A DNA stretch of 64,000 nt, taken from assembly GCA_035550375.1 (NCBI GenBank), contig DASZPH010000107.1:23245-87244 (forward strand), given 5' to 3'. Shown in pieces: positions 7,799-20,300 of this stretch (position 1 is the first letter of the stretch; the number at the start of each line of letters is the position of its first letter). The position numbers were made by a program, and so were the translations under genes. The stretch comes from Pirellulales bacterium (GTDB taxonomy: Bacteria; Planctomycetota; Planctomycetia; Pirellulales; JAICIG01). Under the pieces are notes generated by a model. It saw only the letters and a program-made list of their open reading frames with translations. It ran no database searches and had not been told where the DNA came from.

Positions 7799-8314
7799 TC
7801 AGCCGTCCCTCGCCGCCTCGAAGAGAAACCAGGTCCTGCGCTCCGTCTGATCGATCCACACCTCGATCATGCTGGCCGTGGCAACGTCGTTGTGGCGCTC
7901 ACAAATCTCGTGGGCCGAGCGGAACAACTGCGTCAGGTGCTGGTTGTCGTCGCGCAGTTCCGCAAGCATCTCCGCCGGAGCGACGTAACCCGCGTCGTTG
8001 TCTTTCAAACGCTGGTGATGCGCGATGTCGCCGATCGAATGGAGCGTCGTTCCGCCGATCTTGCGCGCCCGCTCGGCCAGATCATCGGTCATGGCAAAGA
8101 TCTGGTCGGCGTGTTCATCCAACAGCAGATGGTAGTCGCGAAAATGCCGCCCGCTCATGTGCCAGTGGAAGTTCTTTGTTTTGATGTAGAGCGCAAAGAC
8201 GTCGGCGAGCAGGGAGCGCAGCTCGCTCGCGATCTCGTCCACGCCCTCATGGCTGAGATCCGTCGGCGTCATCAAGGCCCGCGACACACTGAGGTTTGAT
8301 TCAGTCAATGCCAT
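7799..8314 (-). CDS. dps: Dps family DNA-protection/ferritin-like protein (171 aa from ATG 8314)
   Basis: LYIKTKNFHWHMSGRHFRDYHLLLDEHADQIF...DDLAERARKIGG is the Dps ferroxidase-site pattern (HW...H...D..E). Start moved to MALTESN, which has GGAGAG upstream. Confidence 0.85.
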   Translation of the reverse strand: MALTESNLSVSRALMTPTDLSHEGVDEIASELRSLLADVFALYIKTKNFHWHMSGRHFRDYHLLLDEHADQIFAMTDDLAERARKIGGTTLHSIGDIAHHQRLKDNDAGYVAPAEMLAELRDDNQHLTQLFRSAHEICERHNDVATASMIEVWIDQTERRTWFLFEAARDG

Positions 8315-8352
8315 TGCTTCTCTCCTATGCTTATTCCACGAAACATGATCTA

Positions 8353-9438
8353 TCACCGATCGTCCGCAGCGTTTGCCGCGCCGGCCCCAAAGCCTGCTGC
8401 GGGCAGCAGCGGGGCCTTGGCAAACTCCTCAGGCAGTTCTCCGGTTAAAGCTCTCAGAAATGCAACGATCCCATCCACCTCTTGCGGGGAGAGATCGGTT
8501 CCCAGTTGCACCTTCCCCATGATCTTGACCGCGTCTGCCAGGGAGTTGACCGAGCCGTCATGAAAATAGGGGGGCGTCATGGCGACGTTGCGCAGGGTGG
8601 GAACCTTGAACACGTACAGGTCGTCGTTAGCCTTTGTGATGTTGAACCGCCCCTTGTCGATTTCCTGGCTGTGCGTCTGCTGCCAGTAGTCTTCTACGAC
8701 GCCGAATTTCTCGAAGGCGTCGCCGCCGATCCCCACGCCGCTGTGGCATTGGATGCAGCCGCGGTCCATAAACGTGCGCAAGCCGTTCTGTTCGGTCTGA
8801 GAAAGGGCCTCTTTCTTCCCCCTCAAAAACTCATCAAAACGTGAAGGAGTGACCAAGGTTCGTTCATAAGCGCCAATCGCGCGGCCCCAGTTCTCGGCCG
8901 TGATGGGGTCGGCTTCACCGGGAAAGGCCTTGCTGAACAACCTTGCGTACCCAGGAATGGCCTTGAGCCTGACGACCGCGGCTGCGTGGTCCGCATTGCC
9001 GAAACCGGCTCCGAGCAGCGCCTTAGTGGCTTGTGCTTCGACCGTGTCGAACAGTCCGTCCCAGTGCACCTTGAACTGCAACGGCATGTTGAGCACCGTA
9101 GGAGCGTTGCGGGCGAGCCGTTTGTCGTGCAGGCCCAGTGACTTCGGCAATGCGTCGGCGCCGTACAGCGCCGGCTGGTGGCAACGGACACAGCTTCCGG
9201 TGCCGTCGTCACTGATGCGCGGATCGAAGAACAACATTCGGCCCAGACTCACCTGATCCGGGCTGGCAGGTTTCTCGGCGGGGTGTTCGGGCAGGGGCTC
9301 GAAGTTTTTTCGGGCTTCTTGTGCCACGTCGCCGGCGTCCTCAGCCGCAGCGGTTTTCGCGAGCAGAGCGGCACCGATCGCGACGACGGCCAGGCCGACA
9401 AGCCCCAATCCAAAGCGTGCCAGATTGGTGTAACGCAT
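8353..9438 (-). CDS. Di-heme cytochrome c peroxidase (CCP/MauG family), signal-anchored
   Basis: Two CxxCH motifs (CVRCHQ, CIQCHS) with CCP-type spacing. Also FFDPRISDDGTGSCVRCH, the FKVPTLRNV...PPYFHDGS signature and an N-terminal hydrophobic signal. Confidence 0.85.
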   Translation of the reverse strand: MRYTNLARFGLGLVGLAVVAIGAALLAKTAAAEDAGDVAQEARKNFEPLPEHPAEKPASPDQVSLGRMLFFDPRISDDGTGSCVRCHQPALYGADALPKSLGLHDKRLARNAPTVLNMPLQFKVHWDGLFDTVEAQATKALLGAGFGNADHAAAVVRLKAIPGYARLFSKAFPGEADPITAENWGRAIGAYERTLVTPSRFDEFLRGKKEALSQTEQNGLRTFMDRGCIQCHSGVGIGGDAFEKFGVVEDYWQQTHSQEIDKGRFNITKANDDLYVFKVPTLRNVAMTPPYFHDGSVNSLADAVKIMGKVQLGTDLSPQEVDGIVAFLRALTGELPEEFAKAPLLPAAGFGAGAANAADDR

Positions 9439-9599
9439 TTCTGTGACGTGCCTCCAGGTTGTGGGATCGACCTCTCAAGCCCCTATGCGGACGGGTCGTG
9501 AGCCCGGCGGTCGACGGTGCGCCATCCCCGTGCATTACTAAGCGTTGCGCCCAGACACAAGCTGGCGGAAGGCCGTCATAACTCCGCGGGCGTATAAGG

Positions 9600-10778
9600 T
9601 TACTTGCCGCTCTTGTCCGAGATGAACACGTCGCGGTGCGGGAATTTTTCGAATAGACCGGCCGGCTTGCCGAAATTGGTGGCCAGCACGTCGAGCGGGT
9701 TCCCGGCGATCCACTGCGACAGGTCGATCGTCTGGTAGACGCCCGTATTGAAGCCGATCAGCACGCGGCACGGCTTTTTGCCAACGTTCTCGATCGAATG
9801 CCCGTAGCCCTGCGGGATGTAGCCGACATCCCCCTTTTCGAGCGTTTCGGTCCGGTAGCGGCCCTTGGCTCCGAACAGCGTGACACTGATGTTCCCGTCG
9901 ACGACGTACTGCCACTCATCGGCGGTCGGGTGCCAGTGCAACTCACGCAGCGCGCCGGGGTCGAGATCGAGAACAACGCCAGTGACCGTTTTGGAGATCT
10001 CAAAGTTTGTCGAATCGACCCGCCACTCGCGGCCTCCCGGGTAGACGCGATGGGGCTCCTGGGCCAGAAGCGAGTACTTATGCGTTTGCGGGGGCGACTT
10101 CAGGCCTTGCAGGGGTGCGGCCGGCTTCTCTGGCGGCTTTTGGCCGCGCGCGAAGTAGACCTCTTCGCTGGGGAAGCCGTCGATCGCCGAGACCGGCAGG
10201 CCAAAGTTCTTCGCCAGCAGTTCCTTGGGGGTGTGGGCGAACCAGTCGGAGATGCTGAACGTGCCGAACTCGGAAAAGTAGCCGTTGTCGAAGATGAGGA
10301 TGAAGTGCGTCGGCTCGTCTCCCAGGCATTCGAGCATGTGGCCGTGTCCTCGAGGAAAGTACCAGACGTCGCCGGGCCCGAAGTCGTTTGTTTCGGCATG
10401 CCCTTGAGGATCGATGACGGTGGTCCGCACCCGTCCCTCGATGACGAAGGCCCACTCGGCCGCGGTGGCGTGCCAGTGCAGCTCGCGCATGGCGCCCGGC
10501 TCGATTTTCATCGAGACGCCGGCCAGGCCCTTGGAGACGGGCAGTTGCTTGACGGTGGCTTCCTTGCCGTAACTTCCTCCGATCACCCGCCCCTTTGACT
10601 TCTCCAACGCGAACTTGAACGTCGGCAACTCGTCTTCGGAGAGCACCGAGTCCGGGACGTTATTCATGAAACTTGGGTCGCCCGCCTGGGCTTGCTTGTT
10701 GCCGGTGAGCGCCGCCGTCGTGGCCGCCGCCAAGGCTGCGGCCGCGGTCAAGAACTCGCGTCGTTGAAAGTCGGACAT
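9600..10778 (-). CDS. Bicupin, oxalate decarboxylase/oxidase family, with a twin-arginine signal (392 aa from ATG 10778)
   Basis: MSDFQRREFLTAAAALAAATTA is a Tat-type leader. Two cupin cores are present (GAMRELHWHATAAEWAFVIEG...GHGHMLE and GALRELHWHPTADEWQYVVDG...GYGHSIEN). AGGAGG lies upstream of the revised start. Confidence 0.75.
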   Translation of the reverse strand: MSDFQRREFLTAAAALAAATTAALTGNKQAQAGDPSFMNNVPDSVLSEDELPTFKFALEKSKGRVIGGSYGKEATVKQLPVSKGLAGVSMKIEPGAMRELHWHATAAEWAFVIEGRVRTTVIDPQGHAETNDFGPGDVWYFPRGHGHMLECLGDEPTHFILIFDNGYFSEFGTFSISDWFAHTPKELLAKNFGLPVSAIDGFPSEEVYFARGQKPPEKPAAPLQGLKSPPQTHKYSLLAQEPHRVYPGGREWRVDSTNFEISKTVTGVVLDLDPGALRELHWHPTADEWQYVVDGNISVTLFGAKGRYRTETLEKGDVGYIPQGYGHSIENVGKKPCRVLIGFNTGVYQTIDLSQWIAGNPLDVLATNFGKPAGLFEKFPHRDVFISDKSGK

Positions 10779-10962
10779 GAGATTCCTCCTGGTCTTGTTC
10801 CTCGCGCTTCCGCATCCGAACAGTTCGGACGGCCGGTGCAGAAGCATCTTGCGCCAGTTTGTGGATGATACGCAAGCAGCGTTTGATTCCTTTCAGTTTT
10901 TTTCTAGGCATCTGCTGAATGTTCGGCTGAGCCGTATTCATGCCGGTGAAGAACTGCCGTAA

Positions 10963-14379
<3,417 letters not shown>

Positions 14380-14383
14380 GCCG

Positions 14384-14421
14384 GTACATAAAACTAGTTG
14401 AATGAACTAGGTATAATGTAC
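14384..14421. promoter_or_regulatory. 38-bp AT-rich nested imperfect palindrome 5-42 nt upstream of the dnaE2 start; candidate operator
   Basis: GTACAT-aaaa-CTAGTT-gaatg-AACTAG-gtata-ATGTAC. The inner arms (14394..14399 / 14405..14410) and outer arms (14384..14389 / 14416..14421) are exact reverse complements. It sits in the only strongly AT-rich patch of this intergenic region. Confidence 0.3.
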
Positions 14422-14655
14422 TTCAGTATACTATCAGACAAAAAAAACGCCAGCCCACACCAACCCGAAGCCGAGCCGCAGCGTACGCGCGGAATCGGCT
14501 CAATCTACCTCGCTGATGGTCTGGCGCTTCGGGTTCGTGCCCTTTCGCCACCGGCAACACAGCTTGAAGACACTCCTACCGACGAAAATGCTTTGAGAGA
14601 GGAAAATTTTCCCTTACACTTAATCTTGGTGACCTCCTTGAGAGAGTGAATCGCG

Positions 14656-14928
14656 ATGACGGCGAACACCTGGTATTGCGAGGTGCTGCATACAGAATTC
14701 GGCCCCCTGACCTGGGACGATCTGCGTGGGATGGCAACACGCGGCACGCTCCGGCCCCAGGACCGCGTCCGGCAACAGGGGGGCGGCTGGCGGGTGGCGA
14801 GCGACGTCGAAGGCCTGTTCGTCTCGCCACCGGTCGACGACGCCACCGATTTTGATATTTCGATCCCCCCGCCCGCACAGAAGCCGGCAGAAAACGACGA
14901 CGAGCTCGATTTTGATCTCTCGGGCTAA
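14656..14928 (+). CDS. Small GYF_2 (DUF4339)-like domain protein with an acidic tail, 90 aa
   Basis: WYCEVLHTEFGPLTWDDLRGMATRGTLRPQDRVRQQGGGWRVASDVEGLF fits the GYF_2 pattern (WY....G...GP.....L......G.L.....V......W..A..V..L). Confidence 0.6.
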   Translation: MTANTWYCEVLHTEFGPLTWDDLRGMATRGTLRPQDRVRQQGGGWRVASDVEGLFVSPPVDDATDFDISIPPPAQKPAENDDELDFDLSG

Positions 14929-15074
14929 AGCGGACTTGTGAACGCTCCCTGAAACTCTTACGCTGGGCTTTTTGCTAGAGCCCGTCCGAAACCGCGTGTC
15001 GCATTCACGGTTTCGCATGACCAGTGGATCGTCGGGCCAGCTCTAAGTTCCCAGGGCAGCGTTTGCCAGCATTC

Positions 15075-16196
15075 ATGACTGTCGCCAAATCCAATCCTCC
15101 CGTCCGCGTTGCCATTATCGGCGCGGGGGCGGTGAGCGACTATCACCACGTACCCGGCATCCGACTCGACGATCGCGCCAGGCTCGTGGCCGTCTGCGAT
15201 TCCGACCCCGGCCTGCTTGAGCGGCGGCGGCGCGAATGGAATGTCGAAAAGACGACCACCGACGCCGAGGCCCTCTGTGCCGATCCGGAAGTCGACGCCG
15301 TCGTCGTCTGCACCCCGAATTTCACCCACCGGCCGATTGCCCTGGCAGCCGCCCGTCATGGCAAGCACATCATGTGCGAGAAGCCGCTCGGGTTGAACGC
15401 CGGAGAGGTGCGCGAGATGTACGAGGCGGCCCGCGACGCCGGCGTCGTGCACATGACAGCCTTTACCTACCGCTTTGCGCCCTCGATGCGGTATCTCAAA
15501 CACCTCCTCGCCAGCGGTGCGTTAGGCCAGCCGCGGCATTTCCGTTCGCAGCGCTTCCTCGACTGGCCGGAGACAAGCTGGGGGTGGCGGCAATACCAGC
15601 ATTTGGCGGGCGCCGGGGACCTGTTCGACATGACGATCCACCGGCTCGATTTCGCGATCGACCTGTTCGGACCGATCGAGCGGGTTTGCGGGGCGGTGGC
15701 ACGCTTCGCTCCGCGCACGACAACGGTCGACGGCAAGAGTTGCCCACCGTCGGACGTAGACGACTGGTCGAGCCTGATCGGCGAGTTCGCCTCCGGCGCC
15801 ACCGGAGTTTGGGAAGGGACAACGCTCGCCAAGGGTTATCACCGCGACGGCTTCGGCCACGAATGGGCTGAGGTTAACGGATCGGAGGGATCGGCCGTCT
15901 ACCGCCTGCACGAGCCGAATACGATTCTCTTGGGCCGCACGGGCCACGATCTGGCGCCGGAGGCCGTGCCCGAGGAATTCCTCAAGCCGTCCGACAGCCC
16001 GCGCGATCCGCGTGAAGGAAAACCGGCCACCGTTTTCCGCTATGATTTGATGTGGGAATTCGTGTCGGCCATCACGGCGGGACGCCCGGCCGTGCCCAGT
16101 TTTTACGACGGCCTGAACGCCCAGCTCGTGGCCGACGCCGTGCTTGAGTCGCACCGCGAGCGCCGCTGGATCGAGATTGCGCGAGCCCGAGCTTAA
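15075..16196 (+). CDS. Gfo/Idh/MocA family NAD(P)-dependent oxidoreductase (373 aa from ATG 15075)
   Basis: The Rossmann start VRVAIIGAGAVSDYHH, then the EKP motif (HIMCEKPL) and a C-terminal alpha/beta domain typical of the family. Confidence 0.8.
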   Translation: MTVAKSNPPVRVAIIGAGAVSDYHHVPGIRLDDRARLVAVCDSDPGLLERRRREWNVEKTTTDAEALCADPEVDAVVVCTPNFTHRPIALAAARHGKHIMCEKPLGLNAGEVREMYEAARDAGVVHMTAFTYRFAPSMRYLKHLLASGALGQPRHFRSQRFLDWPETSWGWRQYQHLAGAGDLFDMTIHRLDFAIDLFGPIERVCGAVARFAPRTTTVDGKSCPPSDVDDWSSLIGEFASGATGVWEGTTLAKGYHRDGFGHEWAEVNGSEGSAVYRLHEPNTILLGRTGHDLAPEAVPEEFLKPSDSPRDPREGKPATVFRYDLMWEFVSAITAGRPAVPSFYDGLNAQLVADAVLESHRERRWIEIARARA

Positions 16197-17221
16197 TGAG
16201 CAATGAATTGACCAACGACAACCGGCGTGCGCCGCTGCGGTCTTTGACGGGCGTGCAGGTCGTGGCCACGGGGAGCTACGTGCCCGAGTGCGTGGTGACG
16301 AACGAAGATCTCCACGCTCGCTTCGGCTTCGATCCATCGTGGATCGTGCAGCGGACCGGCATCCGCGAGCGGCGCCACGCGCCGCCGGAAATGGCCACCA
16401 GCGACCTGGCCGTGCGGGCCTCGCGGCAGTGTCTGGAGCGCGCCGGAGCCAAGCCGGCCGACGTCGACCTGGTGTTGGTGGGCACGTTCACCCCCGACAT
16501 GTCGTTTCCCGCCACAGCCTGCCTGGTGCAAGATCAGCTTGGCATCCGCGCGCCGGCCGTCGATTTGCAGGCCGCCTGCGCGGGCTTCATGTACGCGCTG
16601 GTGACCGGCGCCCAGTTCGTCGCCACCGGCTGCAGCAAGCTGGCGCTGGTGATCGGGGCCGACTGCAACTCACGGATTCTCAACCCCAAAGACCAGCGAA
16701 CTTATCCGCTGTTTGGCGACGGCGCCGGAGCGGTGCTGCTGGCCACCGGCAGCGCCGAGCAGGGGCTCGTTTCCTACGTGCTGGGCTCCGACGGTTCAGG
16801 CGGAGATCTGCTATGCCGCCGGATGGGTGGCTCGCGCACACCGTTTTCCAAGGAAGGTCTCGACAGCGACGGTCAGTATCTGCAGATGGACGGCCAGGCC
16901 GTGTTCAAGTGGGCCGTGCGGCTCTTGGACGAGTCGATCACGGCCGTCCTGGAGGAGTCGAAGTTGTCTCCCGCCGACCTCGACCTGGTGGTTTTGCACC
17001 AGGCGAACGTGCGAATCGTCTACGCGGCCACCGACGTCTTGGGCATCGACCGCAAAAAGGTCTTCTTGAATCTTGATCGCTACGGCAACACCTCGGCGGG
17101 AAGCGTGCCACTGGCACTCGACGAAGCCTACCAGCAAGGCCGCATTCGGCGCGGCAGCCGGGTTCTTATAAGCGGCTTCGGCGCAGGTCTCGCTTGGGGA
17201 ACCGCGGTCCTGCGCTGGTAA
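16196..17221 (+). CDS. fabH: Beta-ketoacyl-ACP synthase III (FabH-type KAS III)
   Basis: TGIRERR, the catalytic Cys in LQAACAGFMYAL, His in VLHQANVRI, Asn in YGNTSAGSVPLAL, and the GFGAGLAWG C-terminus. The start ATG overlaps the upstream TAA by 1 nt (TAATG). Confidence 0.85.
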   Translation: MSNELTNDNRRAPLRSLTGVQVVATGSYVPECVVTNEDLHARFGFDPSWIVQRTGIRERRHAPPEMATSDLAVRASRQCLERAGAKPADVDLVLVGTFTPDMSFPATACLVQDQLGIRAPAVDLQAACAGFMYALVTGAQFVATGCSKLALVIGADCNSRILNPKDQRTYPLFGDGAGAVLLATGSAEQGLVSYVLGSDGSGGDLLCRRMGGSRTPFSKEGLDSDGQYLQMDGQAVFKWAVRLLDESITAVLEESKLSPADLDLVVLHQANVRIVYAATDVLGIDRKKVFLNLDRYGNTSAGSVPLALDEAYQQGRIRRGSRVLISGFGAGLAWGTAVLRW

Positions 17222-17378
17222 AAGTAGCAGGCACGCTCCGTCGTGCCGTTGCCCGCTCGCCGAACGACGTTGCTTCGGTCTCGACGTTACTTCCGTCTCG
17301 ACCGGCGCCCGGGAGCAACTCGTAACTCCCCGTCTAACGGCTCAAGGCAACCGCACAAGCGGGTGCCCGCTAGTTTGG

Positions 17379-20300
17379 TTAAACCTGCAGCCGATTAAAG
17401 TACTCGTCGGACGAAATCAACTGCGTGACGACCAGTTCTTCAACGGCGCCGCTGTCGAGCTCCCCGGCGTAATAATCGAGAGCTCCGGCGTCGGCGGCGC
17501 GATCCAGTAGCTGCTCAAACAAGGCATTCACCCGCACGCGATGGTATTCATCGCTGGCGAAGACCGCGGCCGCCACGTCGGCCGCCGTGGCACCTTGGGC
17601 CATTTGCCTCTGGAAGTAAGCCAGGGCGCTGGCGTCGATCGACCGTCCCAGGGCGTCCTGGAACAAGGCGTTCAAGAAGCCGTCAACCGTGCCACCGCCG
17701 CGCGCGTCGTAGAATTCGGGAGAAGTGACCAACGCCAGCGACATATCGGGGATCGTGCCGCCGTTGTAGAGGTAAGCCGTCCAGTAAGCCTCGCCCGCCG
17801 CATCGGGCGCACGGCCCAGATACTGCCGGTAGAGAGCCACGACCGTGTCGTGCTGAAATTCCTGGAACGACGCCACCTGCACCATTTCGTGGGCGACCTC
17901 GGCACGAGGCACGCCCTGCGTCAACTCGGCCACCCAATAGTTCAGGCCCTGCAGTTCCGCCTGGCGACCGAACAGGTCGCGATAGACCTCCTGGACCCAT
18001 TTCTGGTTGGGCGTGCCAACCGCTCCATTCACGAGCGGTTGTTCGTGGATGGTCGCCGCGGCGCTGACGGTGGCCGACGTCGTACCCCCGGTCGTGGGTC
18101 CGGCGGTCTGATCAACGCTCACCTTCACCGTGTAGTGCCCCTCATCCGTGTATTCGTGCGAGCCGGAGACCGTGTAGGTGCCCGATGAAAGGGCAATGCT
18201 GCCGGCCGACGAGGTGCCGTCGCCCCAGTCGATCGTGGCGCTGAAATCGGCAGCGGGCAGCGAGCCATCGCCGTCGGTGAAGGTGGCGACCGCGACGCTG
18301 GTCAGCACCGTGAGCTCGTTGCCGGTCAGCGTCAGACCCGTGGCGGCGATTCCTCCCCCGCCACTCGTCGAGGCGTTGGCGATTTGCGCGGCGCTTGTCA
18401 CGGTGATGGCGGGCGCCGACTCGTGCGCCAACGTTACCTTGACCGAATACGTTCCATCCTGCGAGTAGTCGTGCTGGCCGCTGACGGTAAAGATATGCGT
18501 AGCCGCGTCGAACGTAACGCCGCCAGCCGCGGCGCTCGTGCCGTCGCCCCAGTCAATGGTGGCCGAATAATCGCCGACCGCTTCGGCCCCGCCCGGGTCG
18601 GTAAAGACCGCCACGGTCTGCACGCTTCCCGCGTTTCCTTCCGTGGCGGAATAGATAAAGCCGCCAGTCGCGGCGACGGCCGGATCGCTTACCACCGCCT
18701 TGCTCGTTGCCGTGGTGGCCGGCGCCCCTTCGTGGTGCAAGGTGATATGAACCGAGTAGTCGCCCTCTTCGGCGTAGGTGTGCTGGCCGGTGACCGTCGC
18801 CACGACCTGACCTGCGCCCGGCAGAACGACAGCGCCGGCGCTCGACGTGCCGTCGCCCCAGTCGATCTCGGCCGAATAACTGGCTTGCGGTTCAAAGCCG
18901 CCTGGATCGGTGAAGGTCGCAACCGTTTGCGGGGCTGACGAACTCCCCTCGCTCGCCGTGAAGGTGAATCCTCCCGTGGCAACGACAGCCGGATCCGACG
19001 TGGCGATCAAGAATGTGCCGCCAATCCTGGCCGCCCCGCTGGCAGCCACGTTGAAACCGAAAGCGTCGGCACCTTCTTCGGTGGCCATGTACGTCAACCG
19101 CCCCTGATCGATATCGTCCTGCGTGAACGTGCCGCCGTTCGTCAGCGGCTGTCCGCTCAGCAGCAGACTCCCCTGCGTCGGGGCCGCCGTGAGCGTGTAG
19201 ACGATATTTGTCGCCAATACGGAGCTGTCGGAATCCGTCGTTTGCAGCAGGGTGTTGGTGATGCCGACCGAAGCCCCTTCCGTGGCGGGGGCGCCTGCAT
19301 CCTTGGCAAGCGTCAGAATGGGTGCCGTCCCAACCACGCTGACGGCAGCAGCCGACGTGACCGAGGCGCTCGGCGCGCTGTCATGCGAGACCGTCACGTG
19401 AATCGGATAGTCGCCGGGGCTGGCGTAGACATGCTGTCCGGCGACAGCGAACAGGCCCGTCGCGGCACCAAGCGAGATGACGCCGATGGTCGCATTCGAC
19501 CCATCGCCCCAGTCAATGGTCGCCGAGTAATCGGTGACGGCCTCAGCACCGCCCGGATCGGTGAAAACGGCCACCGTTTGCGCCGTTCCCGCGTCCCCCG
19601 CAATGGCCGAGAACGTGAAACCGCCACTGGCCACGACCGCCGGGTCGCTCACCGAAGCCACGCCGGCGGCCGTCGCGATCGGTGCTCCCTCGTGACCGAT
19701 GGCGATGCTCAGGGTGTAGTTGCCTTCCTCCGCGTAAGTGTGTTGTCCAGTGACAGTGGCTGCAGCCTGCCCCGCGGCAGGAAGAATGATGGTTCCCGCA
19801 CTCGACGTGCCGTCGCCCCAATTAATCTCGGCCGAATAGCTGGCCCGCGGTTCAAATCCGCCTGGATCGGTGAACGTGGCCACCGTCTGCACCGACGAAC
19901 TCGCACCTTCCACCGCGTTGAAGGTGAAACCGCCGGTTGGCACGACGGCCGGATCGGAAGTTGCGATCAGAAACGTGCCGGTAAGGCTGGCCGCCCCCGT
20001 GGCGCTGACGCTGAATCCGAAGGAATCTCCGCCCTCCTCGCTCGCCTTGTAAGCCACGCGGCCACTGTTGACGTCGTCCTGGGTGAATGTGCTGCCCGCC
20101 GCGAGCGTTTGACCACCGAGCAATAGCGCGCCCTGCGCGGGAGTGGCAGTGAGCTTGTAGACGATGTTCGCCGCTGTGACCGACGTGTCGGAATCCGTCG
20201 CTTGCAACATGGCGTTGGTCAACACGGTCGACGCGCCCTCTGTGGCGGCGGCCCCGGTGTCGTTCGTCAGCGTCAATGTCGGTGGGGGAACGACGGGAGC

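Noticed and set aside
14391-14410. Reading AAAC...GAAC / AACTAG direct repeats as an alphaproteobacterial-type GTTC-N7-GTTC LexA box
   Set aside because: The repeat period is 13 nt, not 11, and the core tetranucleotides do not match. I keep it only as an unclassified palindrome (see findings).
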